DNA from: the human T2T-CHM13v2.0 reference genome, Homo sapiens
NCBI RefSeq assembly: GCF_009914755.1
Contig: NC_060937.1
Direction: 5' to 3' (one strand)
DNA: 64,000 nt
The notes under the pieces were generated by a model. It was not told the origin of the DNA, searched no databases, and saw nothing but the letters and a program-made list of their open reading frames with translations. Made by a program: the position numbers and the translations under genes. This document shows positions 1 to 20,923 of this stretch, piece by piece (within the stretch, counting starts at the first letter, position 1; each line of letters begins with the position of its first letter).

Positions 1-4790
<4,790 letters not shown>

Positions 4791-4869
4791 TGTAACCAAA
4801 TTAAATTTAAATTGAATCATTTAAATTAAATGAAAATGATTTAAACCATTTGATTAAAAGATCAAATCA

Positions 4870-5120
4870 AATAAGATCTAGTATTTGAGAGCACAGCATG
4901 GTGACTACCGTCAACAGTAATTTATTATGCATTTTAAAATAACTAAAACATTATAATTGGGTTGTTTGTAACACAAAGAAAGGATAAGTGCCTGAGGTGA
5001 TGAATACCCCATTTACCCTGATGTGATTATTATGCATTGTACGCCTCAATCAAAAGATCTCATGTTCCCCATTAATGTACACACCTAACATGTACACACA
5101 AAAATTAAAACTTATTTAAA
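4870..5120 (+). mobile_element. L1MA-type 3' end fragment
   Basis: aataagatctagtatttga...tacccc atttaccctgatgtgattatt...aaaattaaaa resembles L1MA1-4 3'UTR. Confidence 0.8.
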
Positions 5121-7589
5121 AAGACAAAATAACGCCTATTCCCGTCTTTTATATATCTAAATGTGACAAATAATAAATATAAATAATGCAAAAAGGCTTT
5201 ACTTAGCATAGTTACCTTATTGTTACCTTAGCCTTATTAATAGCAAAATATTTTATAAACTTAAGTTAAATATCATCGATAAAGTTCTAATCAGCTGCCC
5301 ATAAGATATTTAAGACATTTTTCTAAATACAAAAAATTAAGTTTCCATGCTTTTGATGGAGCATCTACATGGGAAAATTTTAAATTGCATCAGAAAAGGC
5401 AGAGAAAAGTGAATTATGATTTCCAGGAAGACAGAGTAACCTTTGCATTTTAATAATAAGTATGTGATTCATGCCAGATTCCTATGACAATTCATAACTA
5501 TATTCTTGGATATTTTGATTCTACCTGGCTTGACTAAAAAATAATCTTAATGGAACATTAAATGAGGAGTAGAGAGACAACCTGTAATCAAAATCAAATT
5601 ATTCTCTGATCTAATTCATCCCGAAGATTCTTAGAATAGTTTATTCCTCACAGTATATTTACTGATACATTGCTGCTTAAAAAAATCACTTTATTTAATA
5701 ACGACTTGGTTATATATGACTACAGGTAACAAGAACGTCTTTTTCAGGAATCAAATACAAATTTCTGAAACAGTGACTGATAATGCAAAACAAAGGGAAA
5801 CTAGTGTTCAATGGAATATGGAGGGTCAGATGTGGATAAAATATTTCAAAACAAAAAACAGGAGTACCTTAACATTGTAATCGAAATGCAAATGTTTAAT
5901 CACTCTTTATTCCACCAGGAGAAATGCACTTAAAGTAATGTAATACTAGCCACAACTTATTTGAGAAAAGAATCAAAAGCAAAGATGTCAGGCAGAATTT
6001 ATATTAAGTTGCAAAAAGTAAAGTCTGGGTTAGATAGAAAAGCAATTATCTCATTTCACATGATAGAAATAACAGAATATTTAGACTATCTTTTCTTCTC
6101 ATGAGAGAACACTCAATAAATTGAGATAAGAGCATTTTCTCCTATTTCCATTTTAGACATTATATTATTTTTTCATTTCTCATGCCTGGTTTTGTTAAGT
6201 AAGCACTCTCTTGTAGCCAGAAATCATTCTGTCAAAGGATAATAATTCATTTTGTTGTAATTTTGTTTAGTTTAACACAAACACACACCCTTATTCTTTA
6301 ACTTGTATACTGGATTACTGATTAATTGTTGAGGCACTATTTGGACAATTAAAAATTAGAGACTCCTTTTGGTATAATGATTTTTATAAATTGATTTGGT
6401 TTAATATTAATCATTATGAAATAGGTAATAGAGTATTTTTTCCAAGATAATTACATATATATGTGGATGATTTGTGCCCTTTTCAGTTTTTTCTCGCTTT
6501 GTATTTTTAACTTGTTTCTCAAGGATTTTGTCTGAAAACATACTGTCATTTGTTACTTATGAGGCGAACATTGTTAACATTAAAATTTGCCATTGGTGCT
6601 TACTGTAATCCTAAATTTGATGTGAAAAAATTCCTCCTACATTCCTGCTACTATATTGGTAGAGTCAACTGTCAAAAATAATAATATAAATTTGTAATAA
6701 AACAGACATTGTTGATTTTCAAAAGAATAACAAACATTTCAAAAGAATAACAAATAAGAGGGAAAAAAGTTACATACAAAGCTGCCTACATAGAGAAATA
6801 ACCCTTCAACAATATTATAAAATTTATTTTAGCACTGAAATGTGTTGATCACATTTGCATGAGGAAAAACATCATATTTTACAGTTATTTTAGATATTTA
6901 CATAAAAATGAGGCTCACAAATAAATCTATATTGACAAAGAAGGACAATGTTTGTGCTGTACTGAGAATGACAACTGTGATGAATCAAGGACAACTGTGA
7001 GAGTTAAGTTCAAAAGGAACTGACTTGATGAATAGCAATTTTACCTCAGGCCACAAAGTACACTAGGTCATTGTCTGCAGGCTCTTCTGAACAGCCTGTG
7101 TTCATCCAGAATTATACCGGAAGGACAGAACCTGTGTGAGATGAGACAGAAGAGATCACCTTTACTGCCCCAAAGTATATTAATGCTCTTTTTGCAGCTC
7201 TCACCATCTTTTAGAGATGCTTATGTTGATGCTTTTTTGATAAACCGCTTAGCCAAAAAATATCTTGAGAAAGTGCTAAACAACTACAATTGAACTTTTA
7301 TTGTTGGTAAATAGAAAACTTTGATCATTTAATGCACAACACTACAGTGAATGATGGCGGAGTTAAAGATGAAACATGCCTGATTATATAATTATGGTCA
7401 AGAATATGATACGCTTTAGCTATAAAGTGCTTTTATTGGAAACAATTTGTCCACTCACCTTCAGATCTCAGTATAAAAGTGGGTTCTCAGACTGGTCTCC
7501 CTAAATGCACAGAGTAAACTAGATTCAACTACTATAGGCATTTGCAAATCTCTATACATGATTTGGAAATTATTTGTCACTTTAGTGAT

Positions 7590-7730
7590 ATGTCTCCGTT
7601 GTTCACTAGACAATATGCTCTGTGATAGTAGGTCACATATTTGCTTTGTTCAATACTGTGCCCCAGAGTAATTTTGGGGGTACATATTAGACATTCTGTG
7701 CATATTTGCTAAATACATATATGAATCAAT
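7590..7730 (+). mobile_element. L2 3' end fragment
   Basis: cactagac...ctctgtga...tttgttca...tatttgctaaat...tgaat, a degenerate L2 terminus. Confidence 0.55.
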
Positions 7731-8749
7731 TGATTTTATAAGTGAAAAACTAGAAGAACCACCTGTATAATATGGATACTACATAAATGCAATGTGTTAT
7801 AATTATGAAGCAGCATATGGTAATTCATATTTCATTAACATAAGAGGTAGAGACATTTTTCAAAAAGCAGAAAACCAAGAATCACAGGATTGGGTTTATA
7901 TAAGAAGTGTCACTAAAATTTGTGTGGTCTAGGCAAATTTACTCATAAAATTAGCGTGAAAATTCACTGAGATAATAAGTGTAGAATGTTCTATAACACT
8001 CTGTATTTTATATATTTGATGAGTCATAGATATTAGTAGTAAAATTATGGCAACATAACACCTGGCCTTCTGCATAGGTGACCATGCTACATGTGTTTTT
8101 CTTCCTGGCAGTTGCCTTCCATACAAGACTACAATCTCTCCCTGTTCTACTCAGAAATATGAATGTGACTCTTGTTGGCAATGAAAGGTAGAAACGCATG
8201 AATCAAGTGCAGATGTCTTTTCTCTTCTGCTGTGATGTATGGAAATAGTCTAGATAGAAGCTGCTTTGCGATTTGAGTCCTGCAAATTAGATGACATTGA
8301 GCAGAGCAACCACTGACCCATAATTAAAATAAAATGGGAAAATGAAATAAGGTCTGTTTTAATAAGTTTCTATGATTTTTAGAATGTTTTCTACAGCTGC
8401 ATGACATGACCTAATCCGACAGATTTAACAACCCTCTTTTTTAGTTAGAAGCACTGAAAATTTGATGGCAAGATTACATAAAGAAAGAATGATTGCTATA
8501 GTGGCCCAAAACATGATCCAGAAACTTATATCAGAAGAGCAGTGTTGAGAGTAAATATTTTACATTTTTCAAGCAAGCATTTTTTTTAACATTGAAAGTG
8601 CCATTAGAGTTTTAAAATAGTAAGCTTTAAGGCAATCTTAAGATTTACACTATAAACAACTGGTGGGAAATAAAGTAGAAAAACCAGCCTAGCACAGGGC
8701 AAGAGTCTAGAAGTAGTGAAGACAATGTTTAGGTGCTAGTGAGTGCCTG

Positions 8750-9535
8750 AGAGGGCCCTATGCTGGTGTGATTCCTGGTTTTCTGCTGTTTAAAAAATTT
8801 ATCCACCACTCACGTGAATGAAATATGAATGACTGTGCCATAGGAACACCCTCCACCCAAGAAAAATGTGGACATCTGAAATGAGAGAAAATGTGCGGTC
8901 GGCATTTGATGAGGTGCCAGACCTCATGATCACTGTCCAGTACTAGCGTGGTGAAGCACTGGAGGCAGGTGTATGGTGAGGCACTACTAGGCTGAGGGTC
9001 TCTAAGACAATCTCTAGCTCCAGCCTAGATACCAGACTACTGCTGCCGTATAATTGACTCTAGGTAAACAAAGAGAAGAACCACCAAGTTTGCCAATGCA
9101 CAGAATCATGAGAAGTAATTAATTGTTGTTTAAGCCACTATTGTGTTATGGAATGTATTAGCCTACTTGGGCTGCCATAACAAAATACCACAGCCTGGCT
9201 TAAATGTCAGAAATTTATTTTCTTACAGTTCTGGTGTCTATACATCTAGATCAAGGTAGTGTCAGGGTTTGTCTCCAGTGAGGTCTCTCTTCCTGGTTTG
9301 CAGATGGCCCTTCTGGCAGTAGCTTCACATGGCCTTTCTTCTGGGTGTGCACAGAGATAGAGATGTCATTTCTTATAACATCATCAGCCCTATTCTCACA
9401 ATAATGACTTCATTTAACAATTATCACTTTCGTATAGGCTCTATCTCCAAATAAAATCCACTGGGAGATAGGGATTCAACATTTGAATTTTGCCACAGTT
9501 CAGCCCATCACATGCAACTAAGGCCAACCGAAACA
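8750..9535 (+). mobile_element. Old MaLR LTR (MLT1H/I-like) interrupted by a younger MLT1
   Basis: cacagaatcatgaga...ttgttgtttaagccact resumes after the insertion as ...aaccgaaaca. Left boundary is approximate. Confidence 0.5.
9154..9511 (-). mobile_element. MaLR LTR, MLT1A0-like
   Basis: tgtattag...gggctgccataacaaaataccacag...gaaatttattttcttacagttctgg...ttcagcccatcaca, flanked by tggaa/tgcaa (near 5-bp TSD). Confidence 0.85.
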
Positions 9536-9606
9536 ATATATATTTTTGAATTGTTTTAATGTTCCATTATCAATTCATTTATTTCTGGAGCAATAGTGTA
9601 GTCTTA

Positions 9607-9974
<368 letters not shown>

Positions 9975-10264
9975 TTATTATATTTTCCCTTTTTTTGACA
10001 TTGATTTATTCAGAAATATATTTTAGTTTCCAAACACATTTTTCCTGGTTTCTCTTTATTTTTGCTTAATTGGATTGTGGTTATAGGCTTCTATTTTTAA
10101 AATAAAATTCTGTTAGCTTTATTAATATCTATTGACAAAAATTATATGAGTACACAATGTGATGATTTGATATACGTATGCCTTGTGAAATTTTTATATA
10201 CCTGTTATATTTATACAAATAAAAAGACACAATCTTTTTAAATGACTCTGTTTTTAATATTTGA

Positions 10265-13200
10265 CTGTTGGATAGCTTTGAGGCCTAAATTGCCCCTTTC
10301 TGTTTTTGTGCTATTTCTGGAAAAGCAGATAGAGCCCACAGGCACCTTTCTTTGATGAACAGGAAAGATCAAACAACACAAACCCAAGCTCCCATGCAGA
10401 AACCCTCTCTCTGCTCCTCCACCTTAAACACTCAATCAAAAAGTCCCATTATGTGAGTAATAAATCTTTTTATACCTTGGTGTTTTTGTGGTATAATCAA
10501 TCTCCACATCCATATCAGTTTTGGGTTGGAGGGATGGATCCCATAGTGAACCAGAAAACAATTGGTATGTGAACAGGATAGCCTAGGTAATGACCACCAC
10601 CTGTGGCCCTTTACGTCCTGGTTCACTGATTGGCTCTGCTCTCTGCTGGACAGTATGTACTTTGAGCTGTTGCCAGCTGAATTCCATGTGCTTTGAGCTT
10701 TACTTCTTAGTGCCACATATGTTACTTCTGTCAAGGTTCTGCTTCATATTTAACTGGCATTATTTGAAAATTTTGGTAGTTGGCGCTCAAGAATACCAGC
10801 ATGGGATTAGGGATCTTCCTTAACATGGCACAGATTGTGTGTCTCAGCCTATACCTATCTGTGTGTCAAATTAAATCATTTATTTTGATCTAACCATAAG
10901 CGTTGATTGAATCTATAAAACATCAATAAAACATTGACTCACTTTCTACTGAGTGCTTGGGAAAACACCTATATACTGTATAATTTATGGACCCATTAGG
11001 TGGTTGCTTAAATAACTATAGTCACCATTTTTGAATGCTGATGTCAACGCTCTTAATATCAGATAGGTCTCTAGGAATCCAAATGCTGCTACCGCCATCT
11101 ATACTTCTATCACAACAGAGATTCTGATCCTCAAACTTAAGGAGGAAAACATCCAAGGAACCTTGGCATAGATCTTGGGAAAAGTTGTCTTGAATCCTTT
11201 ATATCGCCTTATCTTCCACCCACCTCTTCTTTAAAAAGCCAGGGGGCATCATCAATCTATTGGACAAGGATAAAATGGTTGGACTGTGAGTCTGATGAAT
11301 GCTATGGCTTGTCAACATACCAAAGAGATCATTCAAACCTGGCTTTTGCCTAGCGCCTCTAAAGCCAGTAATGCAATAAATACCGTGGGGAGCCTCTTTA
11401 CTGTGATGACAGCAATTTGGGAACTTCTGGAGGAAGAAACTTATAAATATTAGGAGTGTAGAGAAGGACCCTAAGAATATGGGGACTAACAGGGACAAAT
11501 ACACAAAATGAGCTACCATCAGCACAAAAACCAAGACAGACACCTAGATACATGATGACAAGCCAGAAACTGAGACAGAGGCCCACAGTCTGATATAAAT
11601 GGAAATAAATTTACTTACTTAAAGAATTTACCCAATAGAAATATTAAAAGGGTGCTGTTTGACATTTAAATCTCTACATCATTGGTTCTAAATTAATTTT
11701 AAAATCTGCTGAAATGTATGTATTGACAACTATTCATGGCCTTAACTGATATAGGTGACAAAATTGTTATTATACATGGATGTCCCACTAAATTCACTAA
11801 ATTTAAACAAAGTACCTGCTATTTTCTTAAGGAAGTTACCAGGCATAAAACAGAAAACTAACAGATATGTGTTACCTTAACCATGAGAAATGTTGCTTTG
11901 CCAAAATTTCTAATGGCCATAGTATTCATTGCCCTTAAAATATCCTATAGTGGCCCCTTTGACTCAAGTAAATAATTGAAATAAAATTATGTCTTTAGCA
12001 CTTAAAATCGACTTGACAAATAAAACCCGATGGATCTTCTAGTTTTTTTAATTAAAAGAGTTGATAAAGCCTAATATAAATTAAAATGTGGGTTTCAATG
12101 TTTGAAATCTACTTTGTAGCCCTATGTAGAAAAGGATGATTATTTTTACTATTTTACTATTAAATAGCCCAATTCAATCTGTTCTTAAAACTGAAAATAA
12201 TGATGGACATCTTGCAGTGGCAGTGGATGACCATGAACTCAGTGTGGCTCTACCCATTAAAGCCCACACCTATAATATTACTGAAATCATCGATTCTATC
12301 CAATCAACAACTAGTAAATACTTTATAGTACTAGATTTGATTAATATGCTCTACTCAGTGCCTAGTTAGGTGAACATGTTCTGTTTAGTGCTTATTTCAG
12401 CTGCAGTGCCTTCACCTTTGAAGGGATATGCATTTTCCTGGATACTGATGGGGTGATTCAATAGCCTTGCATTCTTTTACAGTCTTTGTAGGAAAGATCT
12501 TAGTTGTATCTGGCTTTCTCCAGGAGCTCAGGTCTGACATTACATTGATGGTATCTCCTCCAAGGAGATTTATTTGTCACACACACATGCAGGACATAAA
12601 AGTAATCACAAAGGCGTTTACAAAAAGTAGCGGTGGAAATAGGTTATAACTCTGCATTTACAACAAGGTCCACTACTTCAGTTAGATTTCTGAAAATTAT
12701 TTGGTTTGTTAAAAACTGTTCCATCCCTGACACTGTCAGAAACAACAACAACAACAACAACAACAAACTATTGATCATCTCAGCACCAAGAATGTTGAAA
12801 GAATCTTGATTTCTTTTAAGGCTTTGAAGGTTCTGGAGGCAATATATTCCTATTTTAAAATTTTATTTAGCCTAATTTACGCTATAATTCACAAATCAGC
12901 CCACTCTGAATGGGATTCTCTGCAACAAGAGGTTCTAGAATCTGCCCAACTTGAAATTCAACAAGCAGTCTCATGAGTATCCCCTAAAGATTTCCATAAA
13001 GGAGAACTTCTCTGTTTTTAATCTATTGTCAGATGAAATCACGCTGAAGAAAATCACTTTCTCACAGAACAACTGGCCAGATATACAACCCCCAAAATCA
13101 ACTTGATAATGAGAACTGAAATTCATATACTCTTCTGATGGTAGAACCACCAAATACACAATGAATACCGCTGGGTTTCTGCTGCTACCCATCCCCTAAC
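10265..13200 (+). mobile_element. Degraded ERVL-class provirus: 5' LTR (LTR53/MER88-like, about 10265-10560) plus internal gag/pro/pol remnants
   Basis: LTR tg...aca with aataaa, followed by a PBS-like attggt. Protease-like ALTDIGDKIVII near 11739. RT-like YFIVLDLINMLYSVP (ORF 12136-12369), FTFEG near 12411 and YIDG at 12541 (degenerate YIDD). No 3' LTR seen. Confidence 0.75.
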
Positions 13201-13319
13201 CAGAACATAAATTTTTAATGTATATATTCTGAAGATGTGCTGTTAGGAATATTTACATTTATACATTTTAAAAGATTTAGATATTTAAGGGTAATTTGAA
13301 TTCTTATTTTCTAGTAAAA

Positions 13320-14620
13320 ATTTTATGTAAAGTCTATATTGTCAGATATAAACGTGGCTATCTCCGCTATTTCCAGTTACTACATATTTGGCTAGATCAT
13401 CTTTTATCACTCTTTTATTCTGAAAATTTGTTCTTTGTTTTTATGTATGTTTATTTAAAAAATATATAAATAAATTTAGTAGTTTAATGCAGTTTTATAA
13501 TCTTTGTCTTTTCTAGGTCTTTTTTATTAATAATTATTATATTACTGTTATTTCTCAAATATCTTATGTAATTTCTGTTTATACCATCCCTTAATGTGGT
13601 TTTTCTATTTTCTTATGTTTTAATTGATTTAAATCTTTTCTTTATTTTCTCTAATAATTTGTAACTTAAATATGTCATTTCTATTTCCCTAATATTTTCT
13701 GACAGATTTTTGCTATAAAACTCACCTATCAACGTTAGGGCCACTATTAGCATATGATTTGTCATCTAATTCAGGGCATTGTTGAAAGTATGAGTTATAT
13801 TTGTATTTATAGTGAGACATACAGTTTATTTACATAATTATACATTTAAAATATTGTGGGAAGCCAGAATGTATGTCAACCAAGTAATTGCTAAAATTAA
13901 TATCTCTTTCCTCATGCTAAATGAAGTAATGATTTTTAAAAGTTATGTCTTTGTTTCTATCAACCTACAAATTTATCAATTGTTTTCTTTATCATTACTT
14001 TTTGAATCTCAAATTTTACATTTGAAGTAATTTTTCTTCATCATAAAAACATCTATTAGATCTTTCATCAGAAAATATCTTTAATAGAGAACATTTGTTA
14101 GTAGAAAGTATTTTTATTCCACTATCATTCTTGAAAGATATATTGACTGTGCGTTAGAATTCTAAGCTAATTATTTTCTCTTAGTACTCTGCAGACATTC
14201 ATTTATTCTCTGACTTCCAGTTATTATTTATCTCTTCTCTGGCTATTGTTAAAGTCTTTTTGTTAACTCTAGCTTTACTAAGATGCATTGAAGTGAAATT
14301 TATATTTTATGCATTATGATTTGAACTTGGGGCTTCTTAAATCTGTGTGTCAACACTTGCCATAAATTTTACCATTACCTCTGAAATTATTACATATTTA
14401 CACATTTATTTATACATTTATTTCCAGAACTTCGATTAGATGCAGATCATACTACCTTACTCTGCCTACCATGTCTTTTTATTGCTTTATTTTTTACATG
14501 CTTATTGTCTTCTCAGAATTTTGTTATATATTTCAGCTTAACTGCTTTTCAGTCTTGTCTGCTAAGTAAGCAATGTTGTTTTATATAAATTATCTTTGTA
14601 AATTTCTAGTGGTTATATAT
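13320..14620 (-). mobile_element. Ancient L1M-type fragments
   Basis: T-rich degenerate L1M-like strings (ttcttgaaagatatattgactg...tagaattctaag...tctgacttcca). Boundaries are approximate. Confidence 0.45.
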
Positions 14621-15700
14621 CTCTTTCAACTGAGCATATTGACTAGATCATCCTCCCCCCATGCAAAGCTGACCCAAAACACAGAAAAATAACATTAAAG
14701 TTGACCTCATTACAAATATCATATAAATATTGCATTCTCATTATTTCTTTCCCTTTATACCTTTTGAGTAATTCAAACTGGATGCTTATGAAAACTTTAT
14801 TTATCATTTTTGTCTGACTTCATATCTAGAATCAATTTGGTTCAATGCAGCTTCTAACCACCAGGATATGCAGGCATAAAAAATGAGTTACAGAAAATAC
14901 ATTTTCATACGCAGCTTATGATTAAAGAAGAGAAATGGCATTTTCATGGAAACCCACAACACGCAGAATAATAAAATGATTTCCATGTAAGAACAGATAA
15001 TATCCAGGCACACTGACCACAGTGTTCTTCCTTCAACACTCCCCATGACTGCAGGGCACATCTCTAAAATATTTGCTTGGCATCTCCTTTACCTTTCTCA
15101 AAGATTTGCTCAAATCTCATCTTCTCTATGTGTCGTTATGCCCACAATACTGCACCATGAGGCATTACCATGGGAACCGCTCATAATCCATATTCTACTT
15201 TAAAAAAATGTAACATTTACCATATATGCATATATATTTTTATATGTAGATGAAATAAGCCACCTTTTTTTTTTTACTTTTAAAGATTTTATTTTTATTT
15301 AGAGCAGTTAAGCTCATGCCACAATAGAGCAGAAAGTACAGAGAATTACAGTAGTCTCTCATTATCTGTGGTTTGACTTTTCAGTTTCAGTTACTTTCAT
15401 GGTCCAAAAATATTAAATGTAAAATTCCAGAAATAAACAATTCATAAGTTTAACATTGCACATCATCTTGAGTAGCATGATGAAACCTCATGCTGCCCCA
15501 CTCTGTCCTGCCCAGGGACCAGGGCCATAAATCATCCCACCCATTAGTCACTTAGTAGACCCCTTGGTTATCAGATTGATTGCCATGGAATTGTAGTGCT
15601 TGTGTTTATGTAACCCTTATTTTATTTTACTTAATAACAGCCCCAAAGTACAAGGACTGTGATGCTGGGATATTTTTATCTGTCATATTTTATTGGTAGT

Positions 15701-16372
<672 letters not shown>

Positions 16373-16467
16373 GTAATATTGTTATTAATTTCTTAATATA
16401 CCTAATTAATAATTAAAGTGTCTTTATTGTAGATAGGTATATATGTATAGGAAAAACACATAACACT

Positions 16468-16897
16468 CAGTTGACCCTTGAGCAATACAGATTTGAACTA
16501 AGTGGGTCCACTTATGTACAGATTTTCTTCCATCACTGTCACCTTTGAGGCAGCAAGACCAACCCCTCCTCTACCTCCTCCTCCTCAGCCTACTCAATGT
16601 GAAGATAATGATGATAGACCTTTATGATGATCCACTTCCACTTAATAGTAAAACATATTTTTTCTTAAGATTTTAATAATATTTTCTTTTTCCTAGCTTA
16701 CTTTATTCTAAGAATACAGTATATAATACATATAACAGACAAATATGTGTCAATTGACTCTTTTATGTTATTGATAAGGCTCTAGTCAACAGTAGCTATT
16801 AGTAGTTAAGTTTTTGAAGAGACAAAAGTTATATGCGGGTATTTTATTGCATGGGGGACTGGCACCGCAAACCCCTATACTGTTCAAGAGTCAACTA
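16468..16897 (+). mobile_element. Tigger2a (non-autonomous DNA transposon)
   Basis: TIRs cagttgacccttga and tcaagagtcaacta. Internal cagcaagaccaacccctcct...ctactcaatgtgaagat. Confidence 0.88.
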
Positions 16898-18849
16898 AAA
16901 ATGCAAAGTTTGGTACTATCTGTAGTGGTTTTAGGCATCCACTGGAAGTCTTAGAACTTCTACCCTGTAGATAAGATGTGACTAGTGTGCTATATACCCA
17001 CTGCCCACACCCATGCATTTGCTCCCCTATTATCTACATCCCCTACCACAATTATACCTTTGTTATAATTGATGAACCTACATTGGCACCTCATAATAAC
17101 TTGAAGTTCATAGTTAACATTAGGATTTACACTGTATGGGTTTGGACAAATGTCCAAATATCAAACTGACAGAATCATACAGTATGTATCTTTTCAGATT
17201 ATTTTATTTCACTTAGTCATATTCATTTAAGGTTTCTCTATGTCTGTTTATGGCTTGATAATTCATTTATTCTTAGTGATGATTAATATTTCATTGTCTG
17301 GATGTGTCACAGTTTATGCACCCATTCACTTATTAAAGGACATTTTGGTTGCTTCCAAGTTTTGGAAATGATAAACAAGGCTGCTATAAAAATATGCTGT
17401 GCAAGTTTTTGTGTGGATATAAGTTTTCAATTCCTTTGTTAAGTATACAGGTGGACAGTGGGCAGTTGCTGGATTTTATGTTTATTTTGTAAGAAAGCTC
17501 CAATGGTCTTCCAAAGTGACTGTACCATGTTTAATTCCCACCAGCAATGAATGAGAGTGCCTATTACTCAAAATACCTGCCAGCATTTAGTGTTGCCAGT
17601 ATTTCAGACTTTGATCATTCAAAAGATGTGTAGTGGTATCTCATTCTTATTCAATTTGCATTTTCAATCAGGTTATTTGATTTGTTATTGTTGAATTTGA
17701 AGAGTTTGTCGTATTTTTCGTAACAGTCCTTTATCTGATGTGTGTTTTGCAAATATTTTCCCCTACCCTGTGGATTGTCTTCTAATTATCTTAGCACTGT
17801 CTTTTGCAGAACGGTTTTTAAATTCATCTTACCAATTTTTCTGTTTCTTGGATCATGCGCTTGACGTTGTATCTAAAAGGTTATCACCATACCCACGATC
17901 ATCTAGGCTTCTTCTTATGTTATCTTCTGGTAGTTGTATACTTTTGTGTTTTACATTTAGATCTAAGATCCATTTAGGATTAAATTTTGTGAAGGATGTA
18001 AGGTCTGTGTCTAGATTTCATTATTTTGCATGTGGATACACAGAAGCTCCAGCACCATTTGTTGGAAATACTGTCTTTCCTGCATTGTATGACCTTTACT
18101 CCTTTGTCTAAGTTAAGTTGATTTAAGATCAATTGTATTTATTTGGGTTTATTCCTGGGCTTTCTATTCTAGTCTTTCTCTTTCTTTTCTATTTTGTTGA
18201 TCTATTTGTTTATTCTTTCACTAACATTTATCATATTTTAGCCTCTATAACATTTTCTAACTGATTGTACTTTTTTGGTTATAATCTGTCTCTCCTATCC
18301 AGAATATAAAACACACAAAGATGGAGACCTTCATATATTTTGTTTTTTCTTTTATCTTTTTCCTATTTTTGTTTCTCTATTTACTCTAGTGTACCCCAAA
18401 TGATGACTTCAGTTCCTGTATATAATAGTAGTTTCTTAGTACAGATCTCCGTCTCAAAAAAAAAAATTGCCCAATGCTGTGCAGTAATTTTTTCAATCAG
18501 AAGATTTTAGCTGCTTTTACTTAGGCTACATTTTTTACAATTCTATTTGCAAGGTATGTTCTGAGCCTCTAGATTTTTCTGATGTATAGCCTATTTGGAC
18601 AAACTCTTGTTTAAAAGCATGTGTCAAAATATTTGAAGCTGTATGCTTGATTTTAAACTTTGAATACAGCACAACTTTGAGTTGTTCACATTTTTAAGAG
18701 GTGCACAAGTTTCCCTGACATCACTTAGCAACTATCTGCAGTAGTTGTGCCTTAACACTCTCAGTTTCACATGGTAATATAGAAGACCAACAAACACTAG
18801 TTTTGTTCCTTCCAAGAGAGTTTACCAAAATACTTTTTAGAAATAGCTG

Positions 18850-19570
18850 TGTTTCACTGTTCACGGGGCGGTCAAGCTGTGCTGCAGGACAGAATATAAA
18901 ATGAGTGTGGCCAAGGTTAACAAGCAGATGAATGCCACCCAGGGAAGAGACCTACATGATTTGGGGTCACTGAGAACCGAAGACATGTACACTAGGCTCC
19001 AGTGGTATGGTACAGCTATTTATTTACAGAAAAAGAAGAAAAGGAGTGCAAGACTTTGTTTCCCCATGGCCAGAGAATCCACTCCATAGCCGATGTGGTT
19101 AGTGTGGCTGCAGGTCCCTCACTTTGTACTGCACTAAAGGGACCATGACCTCTTCCCCTTGGGTCTGAAATATAGAAAGCTGGAGGAATGCCAGAGGATC
19201 ACTGAAGCTTGGGCCTAAGCAGAATACTTATGGAGCATACATCAAGCCTAAACAGGGAAAAGTATTTTCTTGCTGGAAATATGACAAGCCCAGCCCAGGC
19301 TGTGAGGGTTTTTTATCTCCCAATAAGAAATATTACAGGCCCAAGGCCACTCTTACGCAGCCATGCAGGCAGCAAGAAGTTGCATATGCTGCCTTTCTCA
19401 ACTTGTTTGAACTTAACTTTCTAACCTTTAAGCTAACATTTAATTTCGTACCTACCACATCTTTACCTGTGGCAAGCTTGCCACACAGCATGTTGGACTA
19501 TTTCAGGAGAGTCATGGCCAAGATTTATTTACTGCTGCAGCAACTAACAAACATCCATCTTTTAGAACTG
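18850..19570 (-). mobile_element. ERVL-type LTR (MER70-like) with a short piece of adjacent internal sequence
   Basis: On the minus strand tgtaata starts at 19337, aataaa lies near 19020 and the element ends ...gaaaca near 18850. GC-richer than the flanks. Family name is tentative. Confidence 0.5.
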
Positions 19571-20923
19571 GGTTGTAAGAAAGCATAAATTCTTGTTTAT
19601 TTGGTAATATCTTAAGTGTATTTAGGGGTGCCTAATAATATGTGCGATGGAAGACTTATTATATTACCATTAATTATAAAATTATATTACAGGTAACATA
19701 TTATAAATCTAAGTAGTTAAGTAGGATGCTTGAATTCTAATAAAACAGTGAATAGGACTATTACCTATATACAGTATTCAAGTTTTTAAAATTTGTGCTG
19801 TAAAAGTGGATTTATAAAAATTTTCAAAACCATTTATTTTATATAGTGTTCAAAAGCAGGATAACTAAACATTAAAAGGACTTTACTTTTTAAAACAATA
19901 TTGACATATTTTATTGATTATAGCCCAAGTGATCATTTATATTCAGTTCATAATGATAATTATTTCAAAGAGCTACAAGGTATCAAAATTCTTATTTAGA
20001 ACGACATATATTTTATTGTTGATAAAACAAACAAGCTTCTGTTGTAATCAATAGATGAGATATATAACTAATTATTTTATAATTTTATTTAATCCTATAA
20101 CTCTAAATCATCATTTGATTAGAGAGCTGAAAAGACATTCAGCCTACAGAGGTTGAATATAATTAACCTCTGTGACATAAATGAATATAATTATTTATGT
20201 CACTGAGCACAGCATATTATCTAATTTGATATGCAAATGGGTATGTAATAAGATAAATTACATGTTAAATTTCAGATATAGAACAATAATGAAACCCTTG
20301 CACCTTGCAGTTTATACAGGAAAATTATAATGATACTGGTTTTCTTGATCTTTTGGACAAACAAAATGTATAGAGGTAGTTCTCTAGGTCAGAAAAATGC
20401 CCTGTTTAAAAAATTGTCACAGGAAAAATTAGCATAAGGTCATTTTTAAAATGTTCAAAAGACACTAGCATACTCATGAAAGTAGTTATTTTAATTGCTA
20501 AAAGTATTCACATATGGAAAATTGTTTCTACCATTTGCATAAAACATTCATGATATGTTTACAGTCCAAAAGAGGTTGGGAAATTTTAACAAAAAGCAGC
20601 ATATCTGCTGAGGGGCCTGTATGTTTTAAAAGCTTAAATAACATCGAATGCATTTAATGGGATTGTTGTAAGATTTATATCTGGGTGGGGGCATTTTTAA
20701 ATGAACTTACATTGTTCTTAAATATTATTCTTTGAAAGAATTTCTTGAAAAAACTGAATATTGATGAATAATTGAGCTTATCTTAAAGTCCTTTAATTGA
20801 CATAATCTAGCAAAGAAATGAGCTCATGTTTCAGAGCTCATTTGTGTATATAGAACAAACATCACTATATTTTTTCAGTATATACTTATATTTTCTCAAA
20901 AATTAGTATAGAATAGTTTTTAA

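Noticed and set aside
6717-6754. 20-bp-period tandem duplication tttcaaaagaataacaaa
   Set aside because: Ordinary slippage duplication with no further structure.
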